Both the position numbers and the translations under genes were made by a program. Below are positions 11,813 to 23,460 of a DNA stretch of 32,278 nucleotides, piece after piece (within the stretch, counting starts at the first letter, position 1; every line of letters starts with the position of its first letter). A model generated the notes under the pieces. The model was not told the DNA's origin and searched no databases. It saw only the letters and a list, made by a program, of their open reading frames with translations. Source of the DNA: Octopus bimaculoides (taxonomy: Eukaryota); NCBI RefSeq assembly GCF_001194135.2, contig NC_068998.1, forward strand, positions 25,397,658 through 25,429,935. Reading direction: 5' to 3'.

Positions 11813-14800
11813 CACGAATGCACGCGCGAGTAAAGATATATATATGGATCGGGGCGTGAGTTTGTATATGTGCGCGTATGAGCAAGAGGGAGTATTTGTT
11901 CGACAGAATAACGAGACGAGCAATTTCTTAAACTCTTCATCTTTGAGGCGAATCGATTGAATGTTGATGGGTTTAAATGGAATTGGTTGTGATATCCGTT
12001 CTGTTTCTCTGATTTCAAATCTATCCTCCACGGCGTTAAATTAACCTCCAATAATTTAATCCTCAAGTCAATTTTAGTTCAGACTAAATAAAATACAGTT
12101 GTTAGCGGCAAGAATCTCCCTTCCTCCCCTATCTCTCTCCCTCTGCTTCGATTCTCTTTTGAACTGTATCTTAATACATAAATCCAGATATGTTATATTG
12201 TCTAATGCTGACTAAGACTCAGAACTGCGTCAAGTGTTTGTGTAATGCTCAGTGCTTGTTCGATAATTTACATGAGCCGGAAGTCAGTTAATAAAACAAA
12301 TGAGTGATCATCGTCAAGACTGGCAAATAATCGTCAAGGAAATCAATAATTATATAACGAACACTATATGTATCACTACAAAAATATTTCTGTTGCACGG
12401 ATATTTATTTGTCAACCGACAGAAGTAATTCCAATATATGTGTATCCTCTCACCTGTATATTTTGATAATACAACTATACTTGTGTCAATGACGACGCCT
12501 TTATATAATTCCCGACGTGCTACACATAGCAGCCACTATACTCTCAAGACATCTTGCTTTCTTATTCACAATATTACAAGCCGGAAAGGATGTTATTAAC
12601 GGAAGCATGAGCCCTGATGCTCATTCGACCATTTGTCTACTTCAATATTCTTGGACCTTGGTGAAACGGCAGTAACACAATACATGTATAAATAAGATCA
12701 TATGGACATTTGTATGGAATCCAATGTATCCATAAACCAAAAAGGGTGAATACCTGTAAGATTGTTAAATTATTGATAGGTGCGTAATTTCTAAGCAACT
12801 CGTGAGAAAAAATAATTAAATTCCCTTTTATATAATACGTACACTATTGATAATATTGTAATATTTCGAATACAATGTTATATAGAAAAAACTTCTAAAC
12901 CATATTCATGTTTTATAAATGATCATTATTTAGTAAAAAAAAATCAGCCGCTATCAGTTGGTCACGTTTCTTACGTGTGTGTTTGCTATTAATGCAGTTT
13001 CTATTATCTTACTTGTTTGCAATTTTTTTAACGTTTTTTTGGCGATTACATGGCAGTTACAAAATATCTTTGTAAAGGCTCACAAAGAAAGCAGAATATT
13101 TTCAACTAAAACCCATTTCCGGTATCTGGGGAAAATGATATAAAATAGAAAATCGAATATTTGAAACCTTTTGAGATAAATCACGAGATTGAGCATCCGA
13201 TATATCAGAATGATGCTTTTTTTTTAAATAGCTGTCTAGTATCTTTTCTGTGTTCTTTACATTTTACTATCAGCAACTCCCGCTCTTCGATATTTCGAAA
13301 GTTTTGTTATGCATTAAAAATCTAATCGAACATAGTCTGATTTCAGGTTTGCAAATTTATCGATATCTTGTTTGTTTCTATGATACGTTATTTCTCGTAG
13401 CAAAAGAAAATAATACATTTGATTTATCTCTAACAGATTTTATTGTGAGGGCTTCCATTTTAATGTGATCTTTATGGATTTAATAAATTCTAATGAATGG
13501 CTAGCTAAGGCATTTTTATCTTAGTTATCTTTTTTATTCATCAGCTTCTTTCATTATTTGATTGCAGATTGAACAGCTTCGAATTATTGCCTATTAAGTG
13601 AGATATAGTACTCATTTTAAATTAGAGTTTCATATGGGTACGTTATAATAAGATAGCGCAATTTAATCATGTTATGAAAAGATAAAATAATGCCAAATTT
13701 TGAAATATGGTATTTTATGTTTCAAGTGCATTTAAGAATGGAAGAATTCGTTGAAAGCATTATTGAAAATAGAAGCGTTTTTGAACTGTTTCAGTTGGTT
13801 AAACTGCAAAAATTAAGTTGAGGCATTGGCAAAGACAATTATCATTTATCACCTTCATCTCGTTGGTGTTTCTAGTATCTAACATCATCACCACTTTGGG
13901 CGTTTACATTATTACACTACATTCATTCTACTGCTTTGCATTTATAACAAACGAGCATCTATAATACTGACTGCAGCAATACTAACTGTTGTTTGTGTTG
14001 TTTTGGGCAGCACTTAAAATACAAACATTATCAAATGTGGAAGCAATCACTGTCACAACTTACTTTATACTTACGACAATACACCTTTGATTTTGTCTTT
14101 GGATCACTACCAAAAGGAAGTTCAATAAAACAGCACATCACAAACGTTTACGACCCTTTCTCTATATCGATCGCACTTAATTCATGCTGCACTTGTTTCA
14201 TTAATTGTTATTTAGAGATAATATTCTTCATTACACTTAAACCTTTGCATTGTACAGCATTGACTTCATATAATTCTGTTATCAGTGAAACGGGTTTTAA
14301 TTATATAACACTTACCCCCAAAAGCGAACGCACTATCAATAGATATTTCTATTATCATACCTCATTTACTGCTAAATCTCTTTCGTAGATTTTGATGCTA
14401 CCTTACATCAAATATTTAACTTATAATTTAAAGAACAATTACTTTGCTATTTAAACCGAACTAATATTTAATTCATTTCTTGCTACGACCATATTAAACC
14501 AATAAATATTGTCATAATTTTATAGAAGTCAATAATAAAGGATGCAACATCATTTATGATCCATGTTTATTAATGTTTATGATGATAATAACTCAGCATG
14601 CTCCGAGGATAATGATCAATGCAGAATTTCGTTTATTAATTCTATATAGAAAACTATGGACATTGAATAATTTCATAACAGTCGTTATGAAACTATTCTG
14701 ATATATGGTATGTTACTTTAATTTTATTTTCAGTTTTTGTTATTAGATTTTTCTTTAATAAGAATTTCACAGATCACGTATACTTCATACAAACTTTTAT

Positions 14801-17800
14801 AATCAAGGAGGAACAGCACTGATAAAACAACATATTGTGATGTTATTTTTTACTTCACTAGATTGTGGTTATAATGTATTAGTAATGCTGCAATCAATTT
14901 TTCAAGGAAAATAGGCATTTATATGGCTTCTGCATGCAAATCTATCTATGAAAAGTCCATTCACAAGTATACTGTTCCGTATTTTTTAAGATGCCAAATC
15001 ATCTGTTGATGGTTTTAAACGTTTCAGCTTATGAAGCACGCTAGTTACATTGTAGTTACATAATGAAAACAGTTAGTATAACAGCACGTGAATAAAAGAG
15101 TGTTGATTCAACATATTTCCTCAAACTACACCCTGTTCAGGATTTAGTTAGACATACTACGACTGTAATCTACTGACAATATACAAATGTATGTTTGGTG
15201 TACTTAGAATAACACTACATATAAAATTAGTCGTTTGTTTCATATCTTTCTCGTCATTTTGGAATCATATGTAATCGGAAAAGCAATTTATGTTCACGTG
15301 CTTATGTATATGCATAAATGTGTGTTTGTGCCTATGTCTATATATATAAATATGCAACTATGTAAGTTGTTGTTCTCTTAGTACAGCTTTGAGTATGAAT
15401 TTGCTCTTACGTAAAACAGTATTACAATTATCCGGTATAAACTGACAGGCTTGTAATGAAAATATATTTGAACATTATACATGATTGTAAATTTCGTAAC
15501 TACAATAAAATTGAGAAAGAAACTTGAGTCAAGGAAATGCCAATTAGTTTGTAACATTGCAAACATTGTGATTAATTTGCAGTAAGGAGTGGCTATATTA
15601 ATTCTACATCATCAAACTTTTAATCAAAAGCAAGTTCATTCTCCTAAATATTATTCTAGTGTATATATCTTAAATTTTAATAGTTCGTCTAATATATGAA
15701 AAGACATATCCCTAAAATACTCGGAAAAATTAGTGGTGGTTTTGAATATTCTCTATTGCTAAAAGTGTATTTCTTTATCGGTTTTTTAATGGCACAAGAT
15801 TGGATAAAATACTGTATCATGAAAATAGGAGCTTTTTTTTTTTGTTTTTCACTTGATATTGAAATGTAGATTATACAGGGCATACAAAATGTTCACAAAG
15901 ACTTCGTTCACCTTCTCTATTTTCCTTCAGCATTCCTTGTCTTTTAATCCTTCATACTTGCAGTACAAATTCGATTTATTTTATTAAGTTTACTTTCCAA
16001 TTACTCAGAAAATAATTCTATTTTATTTTCCAAGTAGGAATTCACATATTAACCATTCAATTTATGTGCTATAACAATATTCCTTGTCAATAAGTGGTCC
16101 TAATGGCGATGTTTTTCCCAACCCATTGCCAGGAAACTAAGCCCTTAGGAAGCTTCCTCAAGGACATTTTGTTTGGTCTCTGCCAATAAGTCAATGTAAG
16201 TTATAAACGACCTGCATTATGATACGGAAATTGAAATATAAGTTGAGATATTGCCTCTTGCTCCACATAGTGACAATGGCCTTCAGGAACCAATATAGAG
16301 ATTGGAGGACTGTATCGACAAATCGCTTCTTTTTTGTTGTGTTATGCTATGATGTATGTTAAGTCTCCATAAGAAGCTTGTAGTAGTTGCCATCAAATAA
16401 GTCTGGAAATATAATCTTCATATTCTATGGTTCCGATTTATTAAGGAGGAATAAGGCTAGTTTTAGCTGTGAAAGAATTGATTGCCAAATGGTTCGACAC
16501 TCGGTCTAAGTGTGTGTCATGCGTGTCGGGAAAACTTTCTTATGATTAGTAACATACTTCATAAATCATTGATAATCACTGGTTTCTTCGAGATACCTTT
16601 TATTTGAGGTTTATGGTACTCAACTATTTTTTTTAATTAGCAACGGATCTGCTTTGTGCGTAGCGTACTCCAGTGACATTAACAGGTCATGCGCATATCA
16701 GGTTTGAGGAAATCAGAGGGGAAGCTCCTCACCATTGTCAAAGTCAGACAGATACAATATTTGCAGACTCCATGATAGATTCGGCGTGATGGTGGGCGGT
16801 TGACTTTGAGGAAACAAATTACCTAAGGATATAAAACCGAAAATTAAAAGTAATCCGGTCGGAACATGTATGTTTTTCACAAATCTTCATAAGCTTTTGT
16901 AAATGATTGTTATGGCATTCGCGTTCTTATGACGGATACCCAATTTGAAACAGATGCGTAAAATTGATCTTCTCTTAACACTATTAAATGCTATGGCAGA
17001 ATCTAAAAATATAATAGGTGTCTCTTGCTTGTTCGTTCTATAATACTCTGAGCTACTGGTAAGAGCAAAAAACTGTGGTAGCGTTTATCTGTCTTTACAT
17101 TAGCTGTCTTGATTCCATCGTCGGTGGAATCTATATGAACATAGATTTGTAAATTTGTGATGTTTTGCTATACCCTCTCTCCCACACCTCTCATCTTCTC
17201 TCACGTCTTTACTCTACCTGAAACTCTTGCGTCAACAAAAAAAAAACAGATTTGTAGATTTATTAAGATTACAGGTTGCTAAGAGTGCGATTTCACAGTT
17301 TTTCTAAAGCAGGTGAAACTGCAGTGAATATAGATATTGCAATTACAGGGAGAGTAAGCTTTCTTTGTGTCATCTTGCAAGAGAAGTATTATTGACATTA
17401 CCTGCACCGGTCCAGCAAGCATATGAAGGACATACACTCTTGTCCATACGCAGCAAGTAAAGAATAAAAATTGCCTGGAATTATCAATGTTCAAGTAAAA
17501 TTCAGACTCACTCCTTATTTCATTCCACGCAAAATTTATTTTTATTAAAACTTTGTGTTGCTTCGGAAGTGTGTATGTTTTATTTTATAATGCTAATGAA
17601 AAACACAGGAAAATGAGGTTATAGCATGGAAGTTAATCGTTAGTTCAATAGTCTGACCACGTACATTTTATCATGTAAAGTGCTTATTACATGAGTTTAA
17701 TACAATTTCAATATTATATTTTGGTTTTATATATGTAATAATTTTAGTGGCTGTAGAATAACATTTGATAAATTACTACTCTTTTAAATAATAAACACAG

Positions 17801-18479
17801 CATATGTCCGAAGGTAAAAAGTGAATGAAGAGAATATACAATTTGAAAATATTTTGTTTCTCTCAATTTTTGTAATTTGTCTTTTTTTTACTGTACTTAT
17901 TTTATAGAATAAATGACGTGGTCTCATTCTATCTTTGATGTTGCTGTGGTATTTGCGTTCCTATTGATATTTTATTGAAATTATCCTTCAATGTTTTCAA
18001 ACGTCTGACACGTACACTCATTTGACACAGCTATGCCACCAGTCATTGGATCACAACTCTGCCAATCATTTCAATTGACGTTGTTCGCTTCAAGATACCA
18101 TTTACAAAATGTAGTCTGTTGTACAATGGTTGTCTGATTAGTAGACTTCTCATTTATTACTTCATGTTCGCTTGTTGTCTGCTTCATTATTTTTGTCATA
18201 TACCTACTGTTTTTTGGTGCCACAGTTTTAGACAGTACTTTGAAAAAACATATGCAAAAAGGCATTATGCATTTAATCATACATTATACTTTAAAGAAGG
18301 TGCATTCCAGAATTTTTGAGACTTACTGTCTTATGTTATCTTAAGTTTAGTATATCATTGCTACACATGTGCCAATTTTCTGCACCCCAAATTGACACAC
18401 TTGGCTGGAACAGCTCTTTGCACATATCGTACTATATACAGCTTGTCACTGCTGACTAGTTTGCAGAATGCAGCATAAC

Positions 18480-19050
18480 ATGAAATCAATTTGGAAGCTT
18501 GCAATTCAATTAAAGTTCGCTAGAGAAACTTCTGAAGTGCTTCACACTGCTTATGGATTAACTTTTATGAAGTGAGGATCTAGGTACGGTAGAGAGGAGG
18601 TGAGAGTAGTTGAGAGATATGGGAGGTAGTGAACATCCCAGCTGGTTGAGAAAATTTGCAATTATCTGGATGAAGACCGTCGTATATCTCTAAAGTTTAG
18701 AGACGATGTGGCAACTGTATACAAAATTATTGATAGTGTTCTGAAATGTGCAAAGTTTGTTCCCACAGTACTCAGTAACAAATAGAAGGAAAAACGCATT
18801 AGTTACAGCAATGAGATGGTTGAATTCACTATTTTGAACCTAAAAGTTACTGTTGATTTGTTATCAAAGTTGGATTTATTGTTAAGATCCAAGGATTAAG
18901 AATCAGATTGTTCAACAGGATCATCTTACTTCCCTCAGACCTATGAAGGCCAGGCAAAGAATGTCCACCGGAAAGTTCATGCTGCTTCTATTTTTCAAGA
19001 GCAAGGACATAATCTACATCCACTGGGATTCCTCTGGAACGACAATGAAG
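18480..19050 (+). mobile_element. Decayed mariner transposase fragment (second lineage; N-terminal half)
   Basis: Frameshifted plus-strand translation: ETSEVLHTAYG, GREEV, LDEDRRISL, CAKFVPTVLS, SNEMVE, RPMKARQRMSTGKFMLLLFF..KDIIYIHW. These correspond to the mariner HTH, the WVPR-like linker and the first catalytic block. Confidence 0.78.
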
Positions 19051-19064
19051 AAAGAGGTCCTTTG

Positions 19065-19225
19065 ACTCTGTGTGCGTGTCTTTGTCACTGTGTGTGTCTA
19101 TGTGACTTCCCTTACCGTTTTACGTCCTCGTGCTATTTTAGTAAGCCCCCCTAATCTACTGGTTCAGCAAGAGAGATGGAATAAATACCAGACATGAAAA
19201 CTAAAAGTAGTGGTCTCGATACTCT
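19065..19225 (+). mobile_element. SINE remnant, family 2 (central/3' part)
   Basis: TGTGTGTCT...TTTACGTCCTCGTG...GGTTCAGCAAGAGAGATGGAATAAATACCAGAC is homologous to the reverse complement of 22620-22760. Confidence 0.6.
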
Positions 19226-19409
19226 AGCATCGCCGCACTTCAATGAATAAAATACGTAAGATATAAAAAAAATAATAGAAAAATTTCTGATGGGAGTAAA
19301 TTAATAGTAATTGATATTTAAAGCTATCACAATCTAGACCCCACCTGAAATATTTAAGTTGTATTCTATATTGGTTTATTTTGCGGCGCTGTGATAATAC
19401 TGATGTAAG

Positions 19410-19640
19410 GTAGTTAGTTGGCAGAATCGTTAACACACCGATGAATGTGCTTAGAGGAGTTTTCTTCTGGTTTACCATTAAATTTCAAATACATCTGAGT
19501 TCGGTGTTACTGCTCGTCCTTTCGTTGACGATAAAATATGGAGCAGCTGAGCACTTGGATCGATGTAACCGACTTTTCTACCCACTTCCCACAAGATGAA
19601 TTCATGGGTGTACGCCAAGATTTCGAGAAAGTATTAATAT
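19410..19640 (+). mobile_element. SINE, family 1, near full length, degenerate
   Basis: TGGCAGAATCGTTAACACACCG (A-box-like) ... TTCAAAT (B-box-like) ... CCTTTCG..GACGATAAAATA..CAGCTGAGCACT.GGATCGATGTAACCGACT, with an AT-rich tail near 19630. Homologous to 8960-9053. Confidence 0.72.
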
Positions 19641-19727
19641 TGGTAGAGCGTGTGCATATGTGTGTATGGGGAGAGAGATAGAGAAAGAGAACATTTTATA
19701 ACCAAACTTTTTTTGTTTCTAACACAC

Positions 19728-19798
19728 ACGCGAACACACACACACACACACACACACACACNNNNNNNNNNATATAAATATATATATATATATATATG
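19728..19798. repeat. (CA)n, 10-N gap (19762-19771), (TA)n
   Basis: Seen directly. Confidence 1.
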
Positions 19799-20512
19799 AC
19801 CGTTGTTTTTTTATATACCTCTCTAAGCGTGTAGCTTATACCTGCTGATAAAGTTATTGAAGTTCAACATAAAATATATCTTCGTATTGTTTTTATTACC
19901 GAAAATTTACTTCTAATTAAACAAATGATGCAATTAAATTGAAATTTTTTGTTCATTGCATTATAATTCATTCTACTCATTAATATAGATTGCTCTTTAT
20001 TGTTTTGTTTTTTCTGGCAGTTCTCTTCTGCGTACTATCGGCAATTGACCCTTTCACATATTTTTGTATCAGTTTTTACTTTTGCTTTTAAACTGTTCAT
20101 TTACTATTAATTTACTGTAACCAATAATTACAATTAAAATAAACTACATATCAATTTATTGTAATTTCTTCTCATTAGTTTTAATGCGTTCACATCGTAC
20201 GATACCATGTGAATTATTTCTCTTCAAATGTATTAAGTGCTAAAATTTTAAATTTGTAATACAACATTTTCTCTGTATTTTGTTAGTGCTATCCCAATTT
20301 GAATAGTGTTTTGAAAAACTATGGCCAATCCTCTATCTGGGTGTTCCTTTGAATTAATATTATTAGTTGTTTTTAGTAACAGCCTTCACTATCCCAATTA
20401 TATATCGATTTTTCACATGAAAGCTGCAGATTTTCAATAGAATCACCCAGGAAATAAGTATGTTGTTTTCTAAATGCTTTTGGGATTTCATACACATACA
20501 CCCACAACACAG

Positions 20513-20513
<1 letters not shown>

Positions 20514-20568
<55 letters not shown>

Positions 20569-21493
20569 NNNNNNNNNNNNNNNNNNNNNNNNNNNNNNNN
20601 NNNNNNNNNNNNNNNNNNNNNNNNNNNNNNNNNNNNNNNNNNNNNNNNNNNNNNNNNNNNNNNNNNNNNNNNNNNNNNNNNNNNNNNNNNNNNNNNNNNN
20701 NNNNNNNNNNNNNNNNNNNNNNNNNNNNNNNNNNNNNNNNNNNNNNNNNNNNNNNNNNNNNNNNNNNNNNNNNNNNNNNNNNNNNNNNNNNNNNNNNNNN
20801 NNNNNNNNNNNNNNNNNNNNNNNNNNNNNNNNNNNNNNNNNNNNNNNNNNNNNNNNNNNNNNNNNNNNNNNNNNNNNNNNNNNNNNNNNNNNNNNNNNNN
20901 NNNNNNNNNNNNNNNNNNNNNNNNNNNNNNNNNNNNNNNNNNNNNNNNNNNNNNNNNNNNNNNNNNNNNNNNNNNNNNNNNNNNNNNNNNNNNNNNNNNN
21001 NNNNNNNNNNNNNNNNNNNNNNNNNNNNNNNNNNNNNNNNNNNNNNNNNNNNNNNNNNNNNNNNNNNNNNNNNNNNNNNNNNNNNNNNNNNNNNNNNNNN
21101 NNNNNNNNNNNNNNNNNNNNNNNNNNNNNNNNNNNNNNNNNNNNNNNNNNNNNNNNNNNNNNNNNNNNNNNNNNNNNNNNNNNNNNNNNNNNNNNNNNNN
21201 NNNNNNNNNNNNNNNNNNNNNNNNNNNNNNNNNNNNNNNNNNNNNNNNNNNNNNNNNNNNNNNNNNNNNNNNNNNNNNNNNNNNNNNNNNNNNNNNNNNN
21301 NNNNNNNNNNNNNNNNNNNNNNNNNNNNNNNNNNNNNNNNNNNNNNNNNNNNNNNNNNNNNNNNNNNNNNNNNNNNNNNNNNNNNNNNNNNNNNNNNNNN
21401 NNNNNNNNNNNNNNNNNNNNNNNNNNNNNNNNNNNNNNNNNNNNNNNNNNNNNNNNNNNNNNNATATATATATATATATATATATACATATAT
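20514..21493. repeat. (TA)n, assembly gap 20569-21463, (TA)n
   Basis: Seen directly. Confidence 1.
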
Positions 21494-22459
21494 ATAATAT
21501 AAATAATATATAAATATACGCATATATACATACATATATGTACATACCTAGATATATATGTATATACACATGCATATATGGGTACGGGACATCAAAACAC
21601 GTAGACAGAATGAGAAAAAAGAACATAAAATACAAAAACATAGAAAACGAACTTTTTTCCAACAACGAAAAAAACAGAGAAACGAGACATGCAGCACAAA
21701 GAACATTCCCTTCATCAATTGTCCCATCTTTTATCTACTCTGCGTTTCGAAGCTAAGGACAAGACGAGACTTCGTCAATACAGCCCTTCCCGCAAAGTAA
21801 ATTAAATAGAATTTGTGATTTTTTTTTGCGGGAGGTGAAAGTGGTAACAAAAACAGGACTGAGAACAAAACAGTAAAAGCAAACGGTGAGGGCTGTTAAG
21901 CCAAGATGATGTGAAGTTGTGAACGCTGAATAAAAGCACGTCTTGTCTTCAGGAAGGAAGTGGAAGAAAGAAAGGATGGCCGTTGGTCACGTGTGAGCGA
22001 TGAGTGACTCAAGGAGGAAGAGTGAGACACAGAGAGAGGGTACGATGAAGCCGAGAGGAGAAAAATAGGGAAAGGGTGCGAGAGAAAAACAGTTAGAAAG
22101 AAGAACAAGAGAGGCAGAAAGATGGACAGAAAAGAGATAGAATAAGTGTGCACATCGTAACTATTAAGATAAAACTTACTTGGGAAAAGGCTGGTGGGGA
22201 ATGTTCTTTTTCTTGCATTCTCGTTTCTCTGTTTTTTTCGTTGTTCGAAAAAAGTTCGTTTTCCATGTTCTTGCTTTTTATGTTCTCGATTCTGATTCTG
22301 TCTACGTTTTTTATTATGTATTGTACGCATATATGCTTGTATACATACATATGTATGTAGGCATGTACATATATGTACGTATATATGCATATATTGATAT
22401 ATTATTTATATTATTACATGATCGAACGCCACGCATCCTTTTCCAAGTAAGTTTTCTCT
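21494..22459 (-). mobile_element. Foldback element with ~240-bp inverted arms; probable Penelope-like element (PLE) remnant with inverted pseudo-LTR
   Basis: Arm 21494-21735 matches the reverse complement of 22165-22416. For example ACGTAGACAGAAT, GAAAACGAACTTTTTTC.AACAACGAAAAAAACAGAGAAACGAGA and AAAGAACATTCCC are shared. The spacer contains hammerhead-like cores on the minus strand. No RT or GIY-YIG ORF is visible, so the PLE assignment and strand are inferred. Confidence 0.55.
21711..21952 (-). ncRNA. Possible degenerate hammerhead ribozyme cores (type I, PLE-associated); probably inactive
   Basis: Minus strand order: CTGAAGA (21946-21952) ... TTGACGA (21772-21778) - 23 nt - GAAAC (21744-21748) - GCAGA - GTA (21736-21738) ... 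TTGATGA (21712-21718). Two cores have T in place of C3, and stems I and II pair poorly. Confidence 0.2.
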
Positions 22460-22460
22460 A

Positions 22461-22468
<8 letters not shown>

Positions 22469-22529
<61 letters not shown>
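22469..22529. repeat. (TG)n microsatellite
   Basis: Seen directly. Confidence 1.
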
Positions 22530-22530
<1 letters not shown>

Positions 22531-22532
<2 letters not shown>

Positions 22533-22920
22533 AACTTTTATCTCTCATCTATCTTTGTTCCAGTGATCTAACTGTGGCCATGCTGGGTTACCACCTTGAA
22601 GAATTCATCGTTGAATGTATCAACCTTAGAACTTATTTTGTATAAGCCTGATACTTATTGTATCGGTATCCTTTGTTGCCGAACCGCTAAGTTACGGAAA
22701 CAGAAATACACCGGTTGCCAAACGATGGCAGGGGCAAAAACATGAGTACAAAGGCACACACAGACGCACACGCACTATGGGCTTCTTTCATTTTCCGTCT
22801 ACCAAATCCACTCACAATAATTTTCTCGAGAAAATCACCTCATGGCAAGCCTTGTAATAAATGGTGAGCTGCCCATAACTGTTATGCATTCGATGTTGCC
22901 TAGAATTCGGGGTTATAGTC
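22531..22920 (-). mobile_element. SINE, family 2 (5'-truncated; possible ~85-bp internal insertion at ~22818-22905)
   Basis: CAGTGATCTAACTGTGGCCATGCTGG, GCCGAACCGCTAAGTTACGG, internal CA-rich spacer, GGGCTTCTTTCATTTTCCGTCTACCAAATCCACTCACAA. Homologous to 19065-19225 and to a remembered abundant octopus SINE (not verified). Confidence 0.78.
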
Positions 22921-23002
22921 GCTATGGAAAGTGGCAGATATACAGACTGCTTTCAACTCGATGTGCCTCATCATAAAGATACATCATATGAATTCCAATT
23001 AA

Positions 23003-23076
23003 CACACACACACACACAAATATATATATATATATATATANNNNNNNNNNNNNNNNNNNNNNNNNNNNNNNNNNNN

Positions 23077-23110
<34 letters not shown>
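23003..23110. repeat. (CA)/(TA), gap 23041-23076, (CA)n
   Basis: Seen directly. Confidence 1.
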
Positions 23111-23111
<1 letters not shown>

Positions 23112-23460
23112 GCAAATCAAAATAGACATTTAATATTCTATCATTTCATTATATTATATTATCTTATATTATTACAAGATTGTAAATAGAACGTGAAAGT
23201 TTGACATTAACCACATAGTCGAGATGGACAAGTAGATGGAATGTATACGCAGGAAATGCATGTATATATTGGTATCTGTGGGGATAGATTTATCGGTATG
23301 TATACGAATTTTTCACTTATATATTTGTAGGTGTATTTCTACTGAGGATTGCGAGATAATCTTTATTACAGAGCATGAAATCTTAAGATATAGGATGATC
23401 CGAAATTTTGTAAATCTTCTTGCTCATTACCTTGCATTCGACCTATATATTGTTGTGTAC

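Noticed and set aside
13993-14388. 131-aa plus-strand ORF, the longest outside repeats and gaps
   Set aside because: Alternative start codon, no recognisable motif, AT-rich codon usage and no clear splice context.
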